A stretch of 32,000 nucleotides of DNA from Candidatus Saccharimonadota bacterium. Lineage in GTDB: Bacteria > Pseudomonadota > Gammaproteobacteria > Enterobacterales > Enterobacteriaceae. The DNA lies in contig CP145872.1 in the NCBI GenBank assembly GCA_041941795.1, positions 270,001 through 302,000 on the forward strand, in the 5' to 3' direction. A model generated the notes under the pieces. That model searched no databases. It had not been told where the DNA came from and saw only the letters and a list, made by a program, of their open reading frames with translations. Made by a program: the position numbers and the translations under genes. Below are positions 1 through 12,026 of this stretch, one piece after another. Positions within the stretch are counted from its first letter, which is position 1; every line of letters begins with the position of its first letter.

Positions 1-74
1 TAGATGATGTCTTTGGAGACAGAAATTTGCTCTGTACCCATCCATTATCCTTCTTAGTGAAGAAGAAAGTATAG
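1..74 (+). CDS. gcvP: 3' end of glycine-cleavage P protein (glycine dehydrogenase, decarboxylating); partial, continues left of the window
   Basis: Frame 3 is open from the window edge to TAG 72-74 and reads DDVFGDRNLLCTHPLSFLVKKKV*. YGDRNL-x-C is the conserved extreme C-terminus of GcvP (E. coli ...[22 protein letters not shown], from memory). It is convergent with ygfZ, consistent with the E. coli gcvTHP...ygfZ neighbourhood. Only 24 codons are visible. Confidence 0.5.
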   Translation, partial: DDVFGDRNLLCTHPLSFLVKKKV

Positions 75-103
75 ATACTTATTTAGTAGTAACTCATAAA
101 AAA

Positions 104-1102
104 TTAAGCATTTATTTCTTCTTTATAAGAAAAAGATTTCATATAGATAAGATCTTGACATCCGGTAATGCGTAATTCAGTACCTGAAGGTATATTATAA
201 TCTAGAATGGCTTGGACCCATATTTGGCCATTGTGTACACGACAAGCAGCAAGAACTTTACCACACTTTGTCCAGCTATCAAAGCTACATTTCATTTCTA
301 TTACATAGTTAGAAGAAGGCAACTCTATTGAGTTAAACACCAGCATGTAAAGAGCACGTTTATTTATTCCTCGATACTGAACACGAGATATCATTTCTTG
401 ACCTATATAACATCCTTTAGTCCAACTAATAGCTTTCATATAATGTAAGTTAGCCGCTTGGGGAAAAAATTGACCAGAATTATCCTGATCAAGAACAGGA
501 TACCCTGCTTCGATATCTAAAGCGAGCCATTGTTTACTATTATTAAATTTAATAATAAATCTTTGAGAGAGTTGTTGTTTTAATTTTTTTGCTCTACTCA
601 GATTAGTAATGATGAGAAAGCGATCACGAGGCAGGGGAAAGTAAAGCAAGAGTGTATTATTACTAGTATTTTCTACTACAGAACAGTGGATACTAGGTAA
701 TACAGGAAATATTTGATTAAGGGTAGATTTAGCTTCATGTCCTGCAATACCTAGAATAACCGTTCTATCCAGTGCAGTGAGATTAAAATCTGAAAAGATT
801 GCATATTTTTTTAACGCTGCTATTTGAATATTACGTACTGAATTTCGTATTATCCAAGATAGATGTCCTTTATAAAAAAATAATAATAAGTTAGTCAACA
901 TTTTTCCTTTAGCATTACAGTGAGCACTTTGACAATAATGATTAACATGTAATTGATTAATATCAGATGTAATCTGGCCTTGCATATAACTTATAGCATC
1001 AGATCCTGTAGTAGTAATAAGACACCATTCTTCCATAGAAATTAACGTCAGCGGTAATTCACTAGATGAAAGAGGTAAAGTAAAATGATCTCTAAATTTC
1101 AT
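104..1102 (-). CDS. ygfZ: tRNA-modifying / Fe-S cluster repair folate-binding protein YgfZ
   Basis: I trimmed the track ORF 104..1306 to the ATG at 1102 (MKFRDHFTLPLSSSELPLTLISMEEW...). From that start it is collinear end to end with E. coli YgfZ (...[35 protein letters not shown]...). The KGCYxGQE motif is present as KGCYIGQEMISR. The 68 upstream codons are low-complexity and lie antisense to an sdhE relic. Confidence 0.85.
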   Translation of the reverse strand: MKFRDHFTLPLSSSELPLTLISMEEWCLITTTGSDAISYMQGQITSDINQLHVNHYCQSAHCNAKGKMLTNLLLFFYKGHLSWIIRNSVRNIQIAALKKYAIFSDFNLTALDRTVILGIAGHEAKSTLNQIFPVLPSIHCSVVENTSNNTLLLYFPLPRDRFLIITNLSRAKKLKQQLSQRFIIKFNNSKQWLALDIEAGYPVLDQDNSGQFFPQAANLHYMKAISWTKGCYIGQEMISRVQYRGINKRALYMLVFNSIELPSSNYVIEMKCSFDSWTKCGKVLAACRVHNGQIWVQAILDYNIPSGTELRITGCQDLIYMKSFSYKEEINA

Positions 1103-1160
1103 ATAAAGAGGACTTATTTTATAATTTTTATAAATATAACTGTTTTTTTTCATAAAACAT

Positions 1161-1361
1161 ATGGATAATATTAAAAAAATTATCGGACTAGAAATTTTTT
1201 CCTCTGATGAGATAATAGATATTAATTTTTTCCAAAAAAGTAAGGACTCGTAAGAATATAAAAATAACTCAAATAGTTTAATATTTAATATTATTTTGAA
1301 TAACATTCAAAATACTTGAATTATTGATTCTCATCTTTTATATTCATCTCATGTGAACTAA
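1161..1361 (+). pseudogene. sdhE: Probable decayed sdhE (ygfY, flavinylation factor) relic with in-frame stops
   Basis: One frame reads MDNIKKIIGLEIFSSDEIIDINFFQKSKDS*EYKNNSNSLIFNIILNNIQNT*IIDSHLLYSSHVN*. It is collinear with E. coli SdhE [58 protein letters not shown]. Shared elements are the MD start, FFxxxxDS at identical spacing, and RIFIRLL versus LIFNIIL. In-frame stops occur at 1251, 1317 and 1359, and the RGxxE motif is not preserved. Position and strand (divergent from ygfZ) match E. coli synteny. The comparison is by eye only. Confidence 0.4.
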
Positions 1362-1392
1362 TTTAGTTGTATTAAGATAGTTTGAGCTTGTA

Positions 1393-2503
1393 ATGACAAA
1401 AAATGTTTTCGAGATTGCCTCTTTAACAGAAATGATACTACAACTTTATAAACGTAGTAAGATTCTGTGGAGGAATCTTTGATTATGTCTCTACTCAAGA
1501 AAGTCTAACAAAAATTAATATTCTTTTGGCCCAAAATAAAACCTGGAAAAATATTTCATTAGTAAGTGCTTTAAATAAGCAGCGGTCTTTACTAGTAGCC
1601 AGTTTAAATGCTGTACAAGCTTTCTTCAGTGAGTTAAACGACGCTAAAACTTTACTAGAATTAGCTAACGAGGAAAATAATCTCGAAATATTACCAGTAA
1701 TATATGCTGACCTAAAAAATATAGAAGAGAGAATAAGAGAATTAGAATTTAGAAAATTTTTTAATAGTCAACAAGATCGAGAAAACTGCTATCTAGATAT
1801 ACAAGCAGGATCAGGCGGAATAGAAGCTCAAGATTGGGCTTATATGTTAAGCAGAATGTATTTACGATGGGCGGAAAAAAAGAGATTTGGTACTGAAATT
1901 ATTTCAGAATCGTTAGGAGAAAAATCAGGAATAAAATGTACAACAATTCGCGTGTCAGGAGAATATGCATTTGGATGGTTACGTACTGAAAACGGTATTC
2001 ATCGTTTAGTTCGTAAAAGCCCATTTGATTCAGGCGGAAGACGACATACTTCTTTTAGTTCTGCATTTATATATCCAGAAGTTAAAGATAATATAGAGAT
2101 CGAGTTGAATGCGCTCGATTTACGAATTGATGTATATCGAGCTTCGGGTGCAGGGGGACAACATGTCAATCGTACTGAATCTGCAGTACGCATTACACAT
2201 ATTCCTACTGGAACAGTTACACAATGTCAAAATGCTCGTTCTCAGCATAAAAATAAAGAGCAAGCTATTAAACAAATGAAAGCAAAATTATATAATCTAG
2301 AGTTAAAAAAAAGAAATGCAGATAAAAAGACGCAGGAAAAAAATAAACCGGACATTGCATGGGGAAGACAAATAAGATCTTATGTACTCGATGATTCACG
2401 TATTAAAGATTTACGTACGGGTATAGAAACTCGTAATATCCAAGCGGTTTTAAATGGAGAAATAGACTTATTTCTTGAAGAAAATTTAAAAGCTAGATTA
2501 TGA
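1393..2503 (+). CDS. prfB: Peptide chain release factor 2, made by programmed +1 ribosomal frameshift at 1480
   Basis: Frame 0 runs from ATG 1393 as [29 protein letters not shown], then hits TGA at 1480-1482. The +1 frame from 1481 ([22 protein letters not shown]...) joins the track ORF 1526..2503, since 1526-1481=45. The joined product is about 369 aa and collinear with E. coli RF2 ([34 protein letters not shown]...). It carries the SPF tripeptide ([16 protein letters not shown]) and the GGQ motif ([20 protein letters not shown]). Confidence 0.95.
1469..1483 (+). promoter_or_regulatory. prfB autoregulatory +1 frameshift cassette: internal SD-like GGAGG, 3-nt spacer, slippery CTT, in-frame TGA
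   Basis: The sequence is GGAGG(1469-1473) AAT CTT(1477-1479) TGA(1480-1482) T. E. coli has the same architecture and spacing (AGGGGG UAU CUU UGA C). Confidence 0.85.
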
Positions 2504-2512
2504 GGCATAATC

Positions 2513-4042
2513 ATGTCTAAAAAAAAACATTCATCTCTCTTTAGAGATGAGTTAAATAATGAGTTCCAAAATAGACGCAAAAAATTACATCAATTACGTA
2601 AACAGGGAATAGCATTTCCAAATGATTTTCGTCCTTCTTATCTTTCGAGTGAACTTCATTTAAAATTTGGTAATAAAAATAAGATGGATTTAAAAAAACT
2701 CAATATTGTTATTAGAGTAGCAGGACGTATTATAACCCGGCGTATTATGGGTAAATCAGCTTTTCTTACTCTCCAAGATAGAGAGGGAAAAATTCAATTA
2801 TATATCAAATATGATATTTATGATAATAATTTCTATTATAACGAATTTAAAAGTTGGGATTTAGGAGATATTATTGGTGCTCAGGGAATTTTATTTAAAA
2901 CTAACACTAATGAACTTTCCATATCTTGTACGAAAATACGTCTTTTGACGAAATCACTTCGTCCTTTACCTGATAAATTTCATCGATTAGTAGATAAAGA
3001 AACTTGTTATCGACAACGTTATCTTGATCTTATTACTAACGATCAGTCACGAGATACTTTTATTTTACGTTCCAAAATTATCTTTAATATTCGAAAATTC
3101 ATGGATAAAGAGAATTTTATAGAAGTAGAAACTCCTATAATGCAGAAAATAGCGGGAGGAGCTGGAGCACAACCATTTATTACTCATCATAATGCTCTAG
3201 ATATCAATTTATATCTTCGCATTGCACCCGAACTTTATCTTAAACGATTGGTAATAGGCGGGTTTGAAAGAATATTTGAATTAAGCCGAAATTTTCGCAA
3301 TGAGGGAGTCTCTCCACGACATCATCCTGAATTTACTATGATGGAATTATATATGGCTTATGCTGATTACAAAGATCTTATTAAAATTACTGAAAACTTA
3401 TTAAGAAACTTAACACAAAAAATATTAGGTACTTCCATAATCCAGTATGGAAAATACACCTTTGATTTCAATAAATCTTTTAATAAACTTTCTATGAAAG
3501 AATCAATATTAAAATATTCTCCCGAAATTAATCTAAATATTTTAGAAGATATTCATCTCACGAAAAAATTTGCGCAACGTTTAGGAATTAATGTAAAAAG
3601 TCATTGGGGTCATGGACGTCTTCTAACTGAAATTTTTGATATATCGGTAGAAAAACATTTAATATATCCCACTTTTATTACAGATTATCCTACTGAAGTA
3701 TCACCATTAGCACGTAGTCATGATAACTATCCCTTTCTCTGCGAAAGATTTGAATTATTTATTAATGGTTATGAGATAGGGAATGGTTTTTCAGAGTTAA
3801 ATGATCCTGAAGAACAATCTTATCGCTTTGTACAACAAAGATACAATTATCAATCCGATCATAATAATCATCACTATAATAATGATAATATCTATGATCA
3901 AGATTATATTAGAGCCTTAGAACATGGTATGCCTCCTACTGCTGGTCTGGGCATTGGAATTGATCGCCTAGTAATGATATTCACTAATAAGTTCAATATA
4001 CGAGATGTTATTCTTTTTCCTACTTTACGTCCTGAGGAATAA
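2513..4042 (+). CDS. lysS: Lysine--tRNA ligase (class II)
   Basis: The ORF is 509 aa and starts 9 nt after the prfB stop, as in the E. coli prfB-lysS operon. Class II motifs are present ([39 protein letters not shown]). Confidence 0.97.
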   Translation: MSKKKHSSLFRDELNNEFQNRRKKLHQLRKQGIAFPNDFRPSYLSSELHLKFGNKNKMDLKKLNIVIRVAGRIITRRIMGKSAFLTLQDREGKIQLYIKYDIYDNNFYYNEFKSWDLGDIIGAQGILFKTNTNELSISCTKIRLLTKSLRPLPDKFHRLVDKETCYRQRYLDLITNDQSRDTFILRSKIIFNIRKFMDKENFIEVETPIMQKIAGGAGAQPFITHHNALDINLYLRIAPELYLKRLVIGGFERIFELSRNFRNEGVSPRHHPEFTMMELYMAYADYKDLIKITENLLRNLTQKILGTSIIQYGKYTFDFNKSFNKLSMKESILKYSPEINLNILEDIHLTKKFAQRLGINVKSHWGHGRLLTEIFDISVEKHLIYPTFITDYPTEVSPLARSHDNYPFLCERFELFINGYEIGNGFSELNDPEEQSYRFVQQRYNYQSDHNNHHYNNDNIYDQDYIRALEHGMPPTAGLGIGIDRLVMIFTNKFNIRDVILFPTLRPEE

Positions 4043-6462
<2,420 letters not shown>

Positions 6463-6579
6463 TCACTTCTATAACAATAGAATTATTAACAAATCCTTTT
6501 TAGGAGGATATATCACTAATTTAGTATTTCGAAAAATATGCAATAAACTTTTTACTCTAAAATTATATTTTTAGTTACA

Positions 6580-7683
6580 TTATAATTGCATTGGCATTAT
6601 TACATACATATCATCTGAATAAATCGTAAGTCTTTTAATTTGAATACTAGATTCTGAATCTCGGAGAGCGATCCTAATCTTTTCATCTTTTAAAATTTGC
6701 AATACATCTAGGAGATATCTAATATTAATAATTATACTTAACTGTTCACCTTTATAAAAAACATCTACTATTTCTTCCGCTTTTTCTTGTGCCATATTAG
6801 TAGCAGTAATTTTTAACCTATTTGGTTTAAAATCTAAACACACTCCGTGTAATCTTTCATTAGCCAGAATATAAGCACGAGATAAAGCAGATCTCAATAA
6901 AGAGGCTTCTATTAATACTATTTTATCATAATTATTTTGTAATACCGTACGATAATTAGGAAACTGTCCATCGATAATTCTAGATGTAATAATACAATTA
7001 CTGAGATATAGTCTCATATTATTTTTACTAAACTGGATTTTTAATAATTGTTCATTATTTTCTAGTAACCTTAAAATTTCGAGCACTGTCTTTCTTGGGA
7101 TAATAATTGCAGTGTAAGAAAAACTTTTACTTAAAGTGGTCTTACAAAAAGATAAACGATGTCCATCAGTAGCTACAGTACATAGTTCTTGACCATTCAC
7201 CTCTAACAAAAGACCATTAAGATAATAACGGACATCTTGGCGTGCCATAGAAAAAGCGGTTGCTTCTAGCAAATGTTTCATTATATTTTGTTGAATAGGA
7301 AACTCGATTTCATTTATAAAGTCGTCTAAATTTGGGAAATTATCTGCTGATAAAGTAGCTAAATAAAACTTACTAGTGCCTGAAGTTAACACCATTTGTT
7401 CTGGTTGGAGAGAAGCACTTATATCGCAATTAGCGGGTAAACATCTACAAATCTCTAATAATTTTCGGGCGGGGACAGTAATTAAACCTGGTTCAGATGG
7501 TTCTGTTAGAAGAATATGTGTTTTCATCTCTATTTCCAGATCAGTAGAAGTTAACCATAATGTTCCTTGACTTACTTTGAGAAGAATATTATTAATTATA
7601 GGTAATAAAGGTTTATTACTAATAGGTCTAGTAGTTTGTTGTAATGGTTTTAGTAATTGTTCACGTTTTATATTAAATTTCAT
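6580..7683 (-). CDS. dnaN: DNA polymerase III beta sliding clamp
   Basis: The ORF is 367 aa. It starts MKFNIKREQLLKPLQ and ends YVIMPMQL (E. coli ...YVVMPMRL). It is collinear throughout with E. coli DnaN. Confidence 0.97.
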   Translation of the reverse strand: MKFNIKREQLLKPLQQTTRPISNKPLLPIINNILLKVSQGTLWLTSTDLEIEMKTHILLTEPSEPGLITVPARKLLEICRCLPANCDISASLQPEQMVLTSGTSKFYLATLSADNFPNLDDFINEIEFPIQQNIMKHLLEATAFSMARQDVRYYLNGLLLEVNGQELCTVATDGHRLSFCKTTLSKSFSYTAIIIPRKTVLEILRLLENNEQLLKIQFSKNNMRLYLSNCIITSRIIDGQFPNYRTVLQNNYDKIVLIEASLLRSALSRAYILANERLHGVCLDFKPNRLKITATNMAQEKAEEIVDVFYKGEQLSIIINIRYLLDVLQILKDEKIRIALRDSESSIQIKRLTIYSDDMYVIMPMQL

Positions 7684-7856
7684 AAAATATTTTTCAAAAA
7701 TTATAATAAATAACTCATTTAGTGTGAGTTTTTTTATCCTGTAATTTTTAGCTAATTAAATATTAAATTTTATCACAGTTAATATTAAATTACATTGTTT
7801 TAATTTAAAATAATATCGTGATGTCGTCAGTTATAGTAAATTTTTTTAAAATTTTA

Positions 7857-7885
7857 TTGACTACCTTATTAAGATTAGATATTTT
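7857..7885 (+). promoter_or_regulatory. Candidate sigma70 promoter for rpmH-rnpA-yidD-yidC-mnmE (TTGACT - 17 nt - TATTTT)
   Basis: TTGACT lies at 7857-7862 and TATTTT at 7880-7885, 27 nt upstream of the rpmH ATG. Such matches arise by chance in sequence this AT-rich, so this is weak. Confidence 0.25.
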
Positions 7886-7911
7886 TATCTAAAAAAGAAG
7901 TGAATTTAATT

Positions 7912-8055
7912 ATGAAACGTACTTTTCAACCTTCAGTAATCAAGCGACATCGTAGTCATGGTTTTCGTATTAGAATGTCTACTAAAAATGGACGGAAGAT
8001 TTTTTCTCGACGTCGCGCTAAAAAAAGATCTTGTTTGAGTATTTGTAATACATAA
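7912..8055 (+). CDS. rpmH: 50S ribosomal protein L34
   Basis: This gene is not in the ORF track because it is too short. ATG 7912 to TAA 8053-8055 encodes [47 protein letters not shown]. It is near-identical in pattern to E. coli L34 ([39 protein letters not shown]...). Confidence 0.95.
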   Translation: MKRTFQPSVIKRHRSHGFRIRMSTKNGRKIFSRRRAKKRSCLSICNT

Positions 8056-8079
8056 TTGAATTTTACTTAAAAAGTAAAA

Positions 8080-8439
8080 ATGGAAAGATATAAATTTCCA
8101 AAAATATTGCGGTTAGATAATGATAAAAAATTTAGAGATGTTTTTCGAAATTCAAAATCAATTTTTATCACAGATATTACGCTTATATATCGAACGAATT
8201 TTCTAGAATATCCACGAGTTGGAATCTGTATAAGCAAAAAAGTGATTAAGCGAGCACATGAACGCAATAGAATTAAAAGACTTATCCGGGAAAGTTTTCG
8301 TTTACATCAAAATTCTCTAAAATCGATAGATTTTATTGTAATTATAAAAAAATCTTTAATTTATAAAAATAATAATTCAATTCTAAACATATTAAAAATA
8401 TTATGGAAAAATTTTCGTATTATGGAAGACGACTGCTAA
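8080..8439 (+). CDS. rnpA: RNase P protein component
   Basis: The ORF is 119 aa. The conserved RNR motif is present ([19 protein letters not shown]). It sits directly after rpmH. Confidence 0.93.
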   Translation: MERYKFPKILRLDNDKKFRDVFRNSKSIFITDITLIYRTNFLEYPRVGICISKKVIKRAHERNRIKRLIRESFRLHQNSLKSIDFIVIIKKSLIYKNNNSILNILKILWKNFRIMEDDC

Positions 8440-8645
8440 TATCAACAATTGAGCACTATCAATATTTTATTAGTATTCTATTAGGTCCTAATTGTCGTTT
8501 TGACCCAACCTGTTCTCAATATGCTATTGAAGTTATAAGTCAATTAGGAGTAATCAAAGGTAGTTGGTTAACAGTTAAACGTATATTCCGATGTCATCCT
8601 TTGACAGCAGGTGGTAAGGATGTACCTAAAATAAATAACCACTAG
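8403..8645 (+). CDS. yidD: Membrane protein insertion efficiency factor YidD
   Basis: The ORF is 80 aa. It reads [41 protein letters not shown], versus E. coli [41 protein letters not shown]. It overlaps the rnpA 3' end by 37 nt. Confidence 0.9.
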   Translation: MEKFSYYGRRLLISTIEHYQYFISILLGPNCRFDPTCSQYAIEVISQLGVIKGSWLTVKRIFRCHPLTAGGKDVPKINNH

Positions 8646-8655
8646 AGATACTTTA

Positions 8656-10299
8656 ATGAGGGATTTACAACGCAATTTAGTTTTTATAGCCTTTGTGCTG
8701 ATTTCTTTTAAAATATGGCAAATTTGGCATGTAGAATATGCACCTACCCAACTACAGTGGAAAAATAATCAGAATCTACAGATAACACATCATATCGATC
8801 CACCAGAAAAAATTATAACAGTCAAAACAGATGTTTTAGAATTAAGTATTTCTCCTAAGGGAGGAAATGTAATTCAAGCTAAGTTATTAGGATTTCCAGA
8901 AAGTTCAGTGATCAAAAATCCCCTTAAACTTCTAGATACTACCTCCACTTTTCTATATCAGGCACACAGCAAATTATTAGTGGCTGTTAAACAGCGAAAT
9001 AGTTTCTCCAAAAATTTATTTATAGATAAAAATAATGCTTTGTATAAGACTACTTCTAATCACTTTTGTTTAAAACCGGGACAGCAAACAATTCAGATTC
9101 CCTTAAGTTGGGAAAATAAAGGAATTATATATAAAAAAATTTTTGTTTTACATCGCAACCAATATTCGATTGATATTAATTATTTGGTCAATAATCAATC
9201 TAATGATTCGATAGAAGTCTCTTTAATCGGTAAACTAAAACAATCTCTTCAATTACCATCGAGCCTCAAAAATCATGGCCACTTGAATATACAAACTTAT
9301 CGTGGAGTAGCATATTCTACCGATAAAGAAAAATATGTTAAATATAAATTTAAGAAGATAAGTAATAATACCAATTTAGATATTAAAACCTCTAAAGGTT
9401 GGATAGCTATGTTACAACAGTATTTCATAACGGCATGGATTCCACATACTAAAGGAGTAAATAAATTTTTTACTGAGCAAGAAAAAGGGAATATAGTCAG
9501 TGTAGGTTATCAAGCAACTCCCATTACGATTTATCCTCATCAAAAAGAACTTTTATCAGCTACTCTATGGGTGGGACCGGGACTGCAAGATCAAATGTCT
9601 TTAGTCGCTCCATATTTAGATCTTACGGTTGATTATGGATTGTTATGGTTTATATCTCAACCTCTCTTCAAATTATTAAAATTTATCCATAAAATTATAG
9701 GTAATTGGGGATTTTCAATTATTTTAATAACTTTCATAGTTAGAGTGATTATGTATCCTGTCACTAAAGCACAGTACACATCAATGGTAAAAATGAGACT
9801 TCTACAACCTAAAATACAGGAAATACGGGATCGTATAGGTGATGATAATAAATATCGTTTATCTCAAGAAATAATGGCGTTATATCAATCTGAAAAAGTC
9901 AATCCTTTAGGAGGATGTCTACCTTTAATGATACAGATGCCTATTTTTCTTGCCCTTTATTATATGTTGGTAAATTCAGTAGAACTCCGACAAGCCCCAT
10001 TTATCTTATGGATTCATGATCTCTCGGCACATGATCCTTATTATATTTTACCTCTAGGAATGGGTATTACACTGTATTTTCTACAGACAATGTCTCCAAA
10101 TACCATGACTGATCCTAGCCAGCAAAAAATTTTAACATATATGCCAATTATATGTAGCATTTTTTTCTTTTGGTTTCCGTCCGGATTAGTTTTATATTAT
10201 ATAGTCAGTAATTTATTAACTATCTTACAACAGATCCTTATCTCTTATAGTATCAATCAAAAACAAGATCGGCGACCAAATAATAAAGAAAATGCATAA
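8656..10299 (+). CDS. yidC: Membrane protein insertase YidC
   Basis: The ORF is 547 aa with an N-terminal TM segment, a large periplasmic domain and the Oxa1 core (GNWGFSIILITFIVR, EKVNPLGGCLPLMIQMPIFLALYY). Confidence 0.95.
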   Translation: MRDLQRNLVFIAFVLISFKIWQIWHVEYAPTQLQWKNNQNLQITHHIDPPEKIITVKTDVLELSISPKGGNVIQAKLLGFPESSVIKNPLKLLDTTSTFLYQAHSKLLVAVKQRNSFSKNLFIDKNNALYKTTSNHFCLKPGQQTIQIPLSWENKGIIYKKIFVLHRNQYSIDINYLVNNQSNDSIEVSLIGKLKQSLQLPSSLKNHGHLNIQTYRGVAYSTDKEKYVKYKFKKISNNTNLDIKTSKGWIAMLQQYFITAWIPHTKGVNKFFTEQEKGNIVSVGYQATPITIYPHQKELLSATLWVGPGLQDQMSLVAPYLDLTVDYGLLWFISQPLFKLLKFIHKIIGNWGFSIILITFIVRVIMYPVTKAQYTSMVKMRLLQPKIQEIRDRIGDDNKYRLSQEIMALYQSEKVNPLGGCLPLMIQMPIFLALYYMLVNSVELRQAPFILWIHDLSAHDPYYILPLGMGITLYFLQTMSPNTMTDPSQQKILTYMPIICSIFFFWFPSGLVLYYIVSNLLTILQQILISYSINQKQDRRPNNKENA

Positions 10300-10326
10300 T
10301 GGATGATTATAAGCTAAGAGTAGGTA

Positions 10327-11688
10327 ATGAAATTTAATGAAACTATAGTATCTCAAGCTACTCCTCCAGGACATGGAGGGATTAGTATAGTACGAGTTTC
10401 GGGAATACACACCACTTTAGTAGCACATAAAGTTTTAGGATTATTACCTTCAGTATCTAGAAAGGCTAATTATAGAGAGTTTTATGATGAACAAGGTAAT
10501 ATTATAGATAAAGGTATGGTATTATGGTTTCCGGCTCCCCATTCTTTTACAGGTGAAGATGTATTAGAATTTCATTGTCATGGGAGTCCTATAATAGTAG
10601 ATATATTATTAAAAAGAATAACTACCATTTCACAGGTACGACTGGCAAATCCCGGCGAGTTTACCGAGCGGGCTTTTTTTAATAAAAAACTGGATTTAAC
10701 ACAAGCGGAAGCTATAGAAGATCTTATTAATGCCACTAATCAAGAAACATCTCGCGCTGCTTTGAATTCTTTGCAAGGAAAATTTTCAAATTTAATCTAT
10801 AGCTTAGTAGCAGTAGTCACTGATTTACGTGTAAAATTAGAATCTAACATAGATTTTCCTAATGACAATGTTTATAATGTCAATATTACGGATATTGAAA
10901 ATCAGTTAAATAATATTCTTATTCAACTAAATGAAGTACATAATAATTCTTTTCAGGGAAGTATAATACGAGAGAGTAAGCGAGTATTAATATTAGGTAA
11001 TCCTAATGTAGGCAAATCGAGTCTATTTAATGTTCTTACTGGCCACGATACAGCTATTGTCACCGATGTGGCAGGTACCACTAGAGATGTTTTACAGGAA
11101 ATTATCAATTTCGATGGAATAACAATAAAAATTATTGATACTGCTGGTATACATCACACGAATAATATTATCGAACAAATAGGTATTGCACGAGCTTGGG
11201 AACAAACAAAAATAGCAGATCATATTATTTTTATGGTAGATATCCGGGATAATGATCAGAGTAGACAAACAATAGAAAATTTTCTGGATCAGTATTCAAA
11301 GACGGTACCGGTGACTATAGTAAAAAATAAAATTGATTTGATAAGCATTCCAGCTAAAATTACAGAATTTAGAGGTCAAACAGTGATCAGTCTTTCGGTC
11401 CTCACAGGAGAGGGAATAAAGTTATTATGTAATCATATAAAACATAATCTAATAGTTAATAGCGGAAGGGAAGGAAATTTCCTCGCTCGCCAAAGACATT
11501 TACAAGCTTTAAAAAAAGCTATTCATTATATAGAAAACGGTAAAAAAATTTTTTTTACTACTCATTGTGAAGAATTGCTTGCCGAGGAATTACGATGGTG
11601 TCATCAAGCATTAAATGAGATTACAGGAGAATATACTACTGAAGATCTTTTAACTCAAATATTTTCTAGTTTTTGTATTGGAAAATAG
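10327..11688 (+). CDS. mnmE: tRNA modification GTPase MnmE
   Basis: The ORF is 453 aa. The N-terminus is TIVSQATPPGHGGISIVRVSG. The G domain carries GNPNVGKSSLFN, DTAG and NKID, and the C-terminal CIGK is present. Confidence 0.95.
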   Translation: MKFNETIVSQATPPGHGGISIVRVSGIHTTLVAHKVLGLLPSVSRKANYREFYDEQGNIIDKGMVLWFPAPHSFTGEDVLEFHCHGSPIIVDILLKRITTISQVRLANPGEFTERAFFNKKLDLTQAEAIEDLINATNQETSRAALNSLQGKFSNLIYSLVAVVTDLRVKLESNIDFPNDNVYNVNITDIENQLNNILIQLNEVHNNSFQGSIIRESKRVLILGNPNVGKSSLFNVLTGHDTAIVTDVAGTTRDVLQEIINFDGITIKIIDTAGIHHTNNIIEQIGIARAWEQTKIADHIIFMVDIRDNDQSRQTIENFLDQYSKTVPVTIVKNKIDLISIPAKITEFRGQTVISLSVLTGEGIKLLCNHIKHNLIVNSGREGNFLARQRHLQALKKAIHYIENGKKIFFTTHCEELLAEELRWCHQALNEITGEYTTEDLLTQIFSSFCIGK

Positions 11689-11771
11689 AAAAATATATAG
11701 ATGAGTGATAGCTTTTATGATACTTGGGAAGTAAAATTAATCTATCTTAAAATAATCTCAACAAAATTATT

Positions 11772-12026
11772 ATGCAGAAAGAGAATAATTATCAATCTCT
11801 AACTTTTGAGGCTGCTATTCAGCAGCTAGAAGAAATAGTGTTATATTTAGAAAATGGAGAATTACCACTAGAAGAAGCACTCTCAGCTTTTGAGAAGGGT
11901 GTCCAATTAGCCCGAATCAGCAAACAGACATTACAAGAAGCTGAACAAAGAGTTCAAGTATTACTTAATAAAGATAATGATCCTATCCTATCCCATTTTA
12001 CTTCTGATAATAAATTAGAAAAATGA
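11772..12026 (+). CDS. xseB: Exodeoxyribonuclease VII small subunit
   Basis: The ORF is 84 aa. It reads FEAAIQQLEEIVLYLENGELPLEEALSAFEKGVQLAR, versus E. coli [37 protein letters not shown]. Confidence 0.9.
   Translation: MQKENNYQSLTFEAAIQQLEEIVLYLENGELPLEEALSAFEKGVQLARISKQTLQEAEQRVQVLLNKDNDPILSHFTSDNKLEK

Noticed and set aside
1103-1306. N-terminal 68-codon extension of the ygfZ track ORF (MLFKIILNIKLFELFLYSYES...)
   Set aside because: It is low-complexity and AT-driven, with no counterpart in YgfZ. Homology starts at the Met at 1102. The region is better explained by an sdhE relic on the opposite strand.
2519-2527. A9 tract at lysS codons 3-5, and other homopolymers of 8 or more (e.g. 12953-12960 in epmB, 17459-17466 in nnr, 27353-27360 in the usher), considered as possible frameshift or pseudogene sites
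   Set aside because: All are in frame, and the proteins remain collinear with homologues on both sides. Only the hflK tract (22401-22409) coincides with a suspicious truncation.
7734-7742. DnaA-box-like TTATCCTGT in the dnaN-rpmH spacer
   Set aside because: It has three mismatches to TTATCCACA in the critical 3' half. With dnaA apparently gone, there is no reason to expect a functional box.
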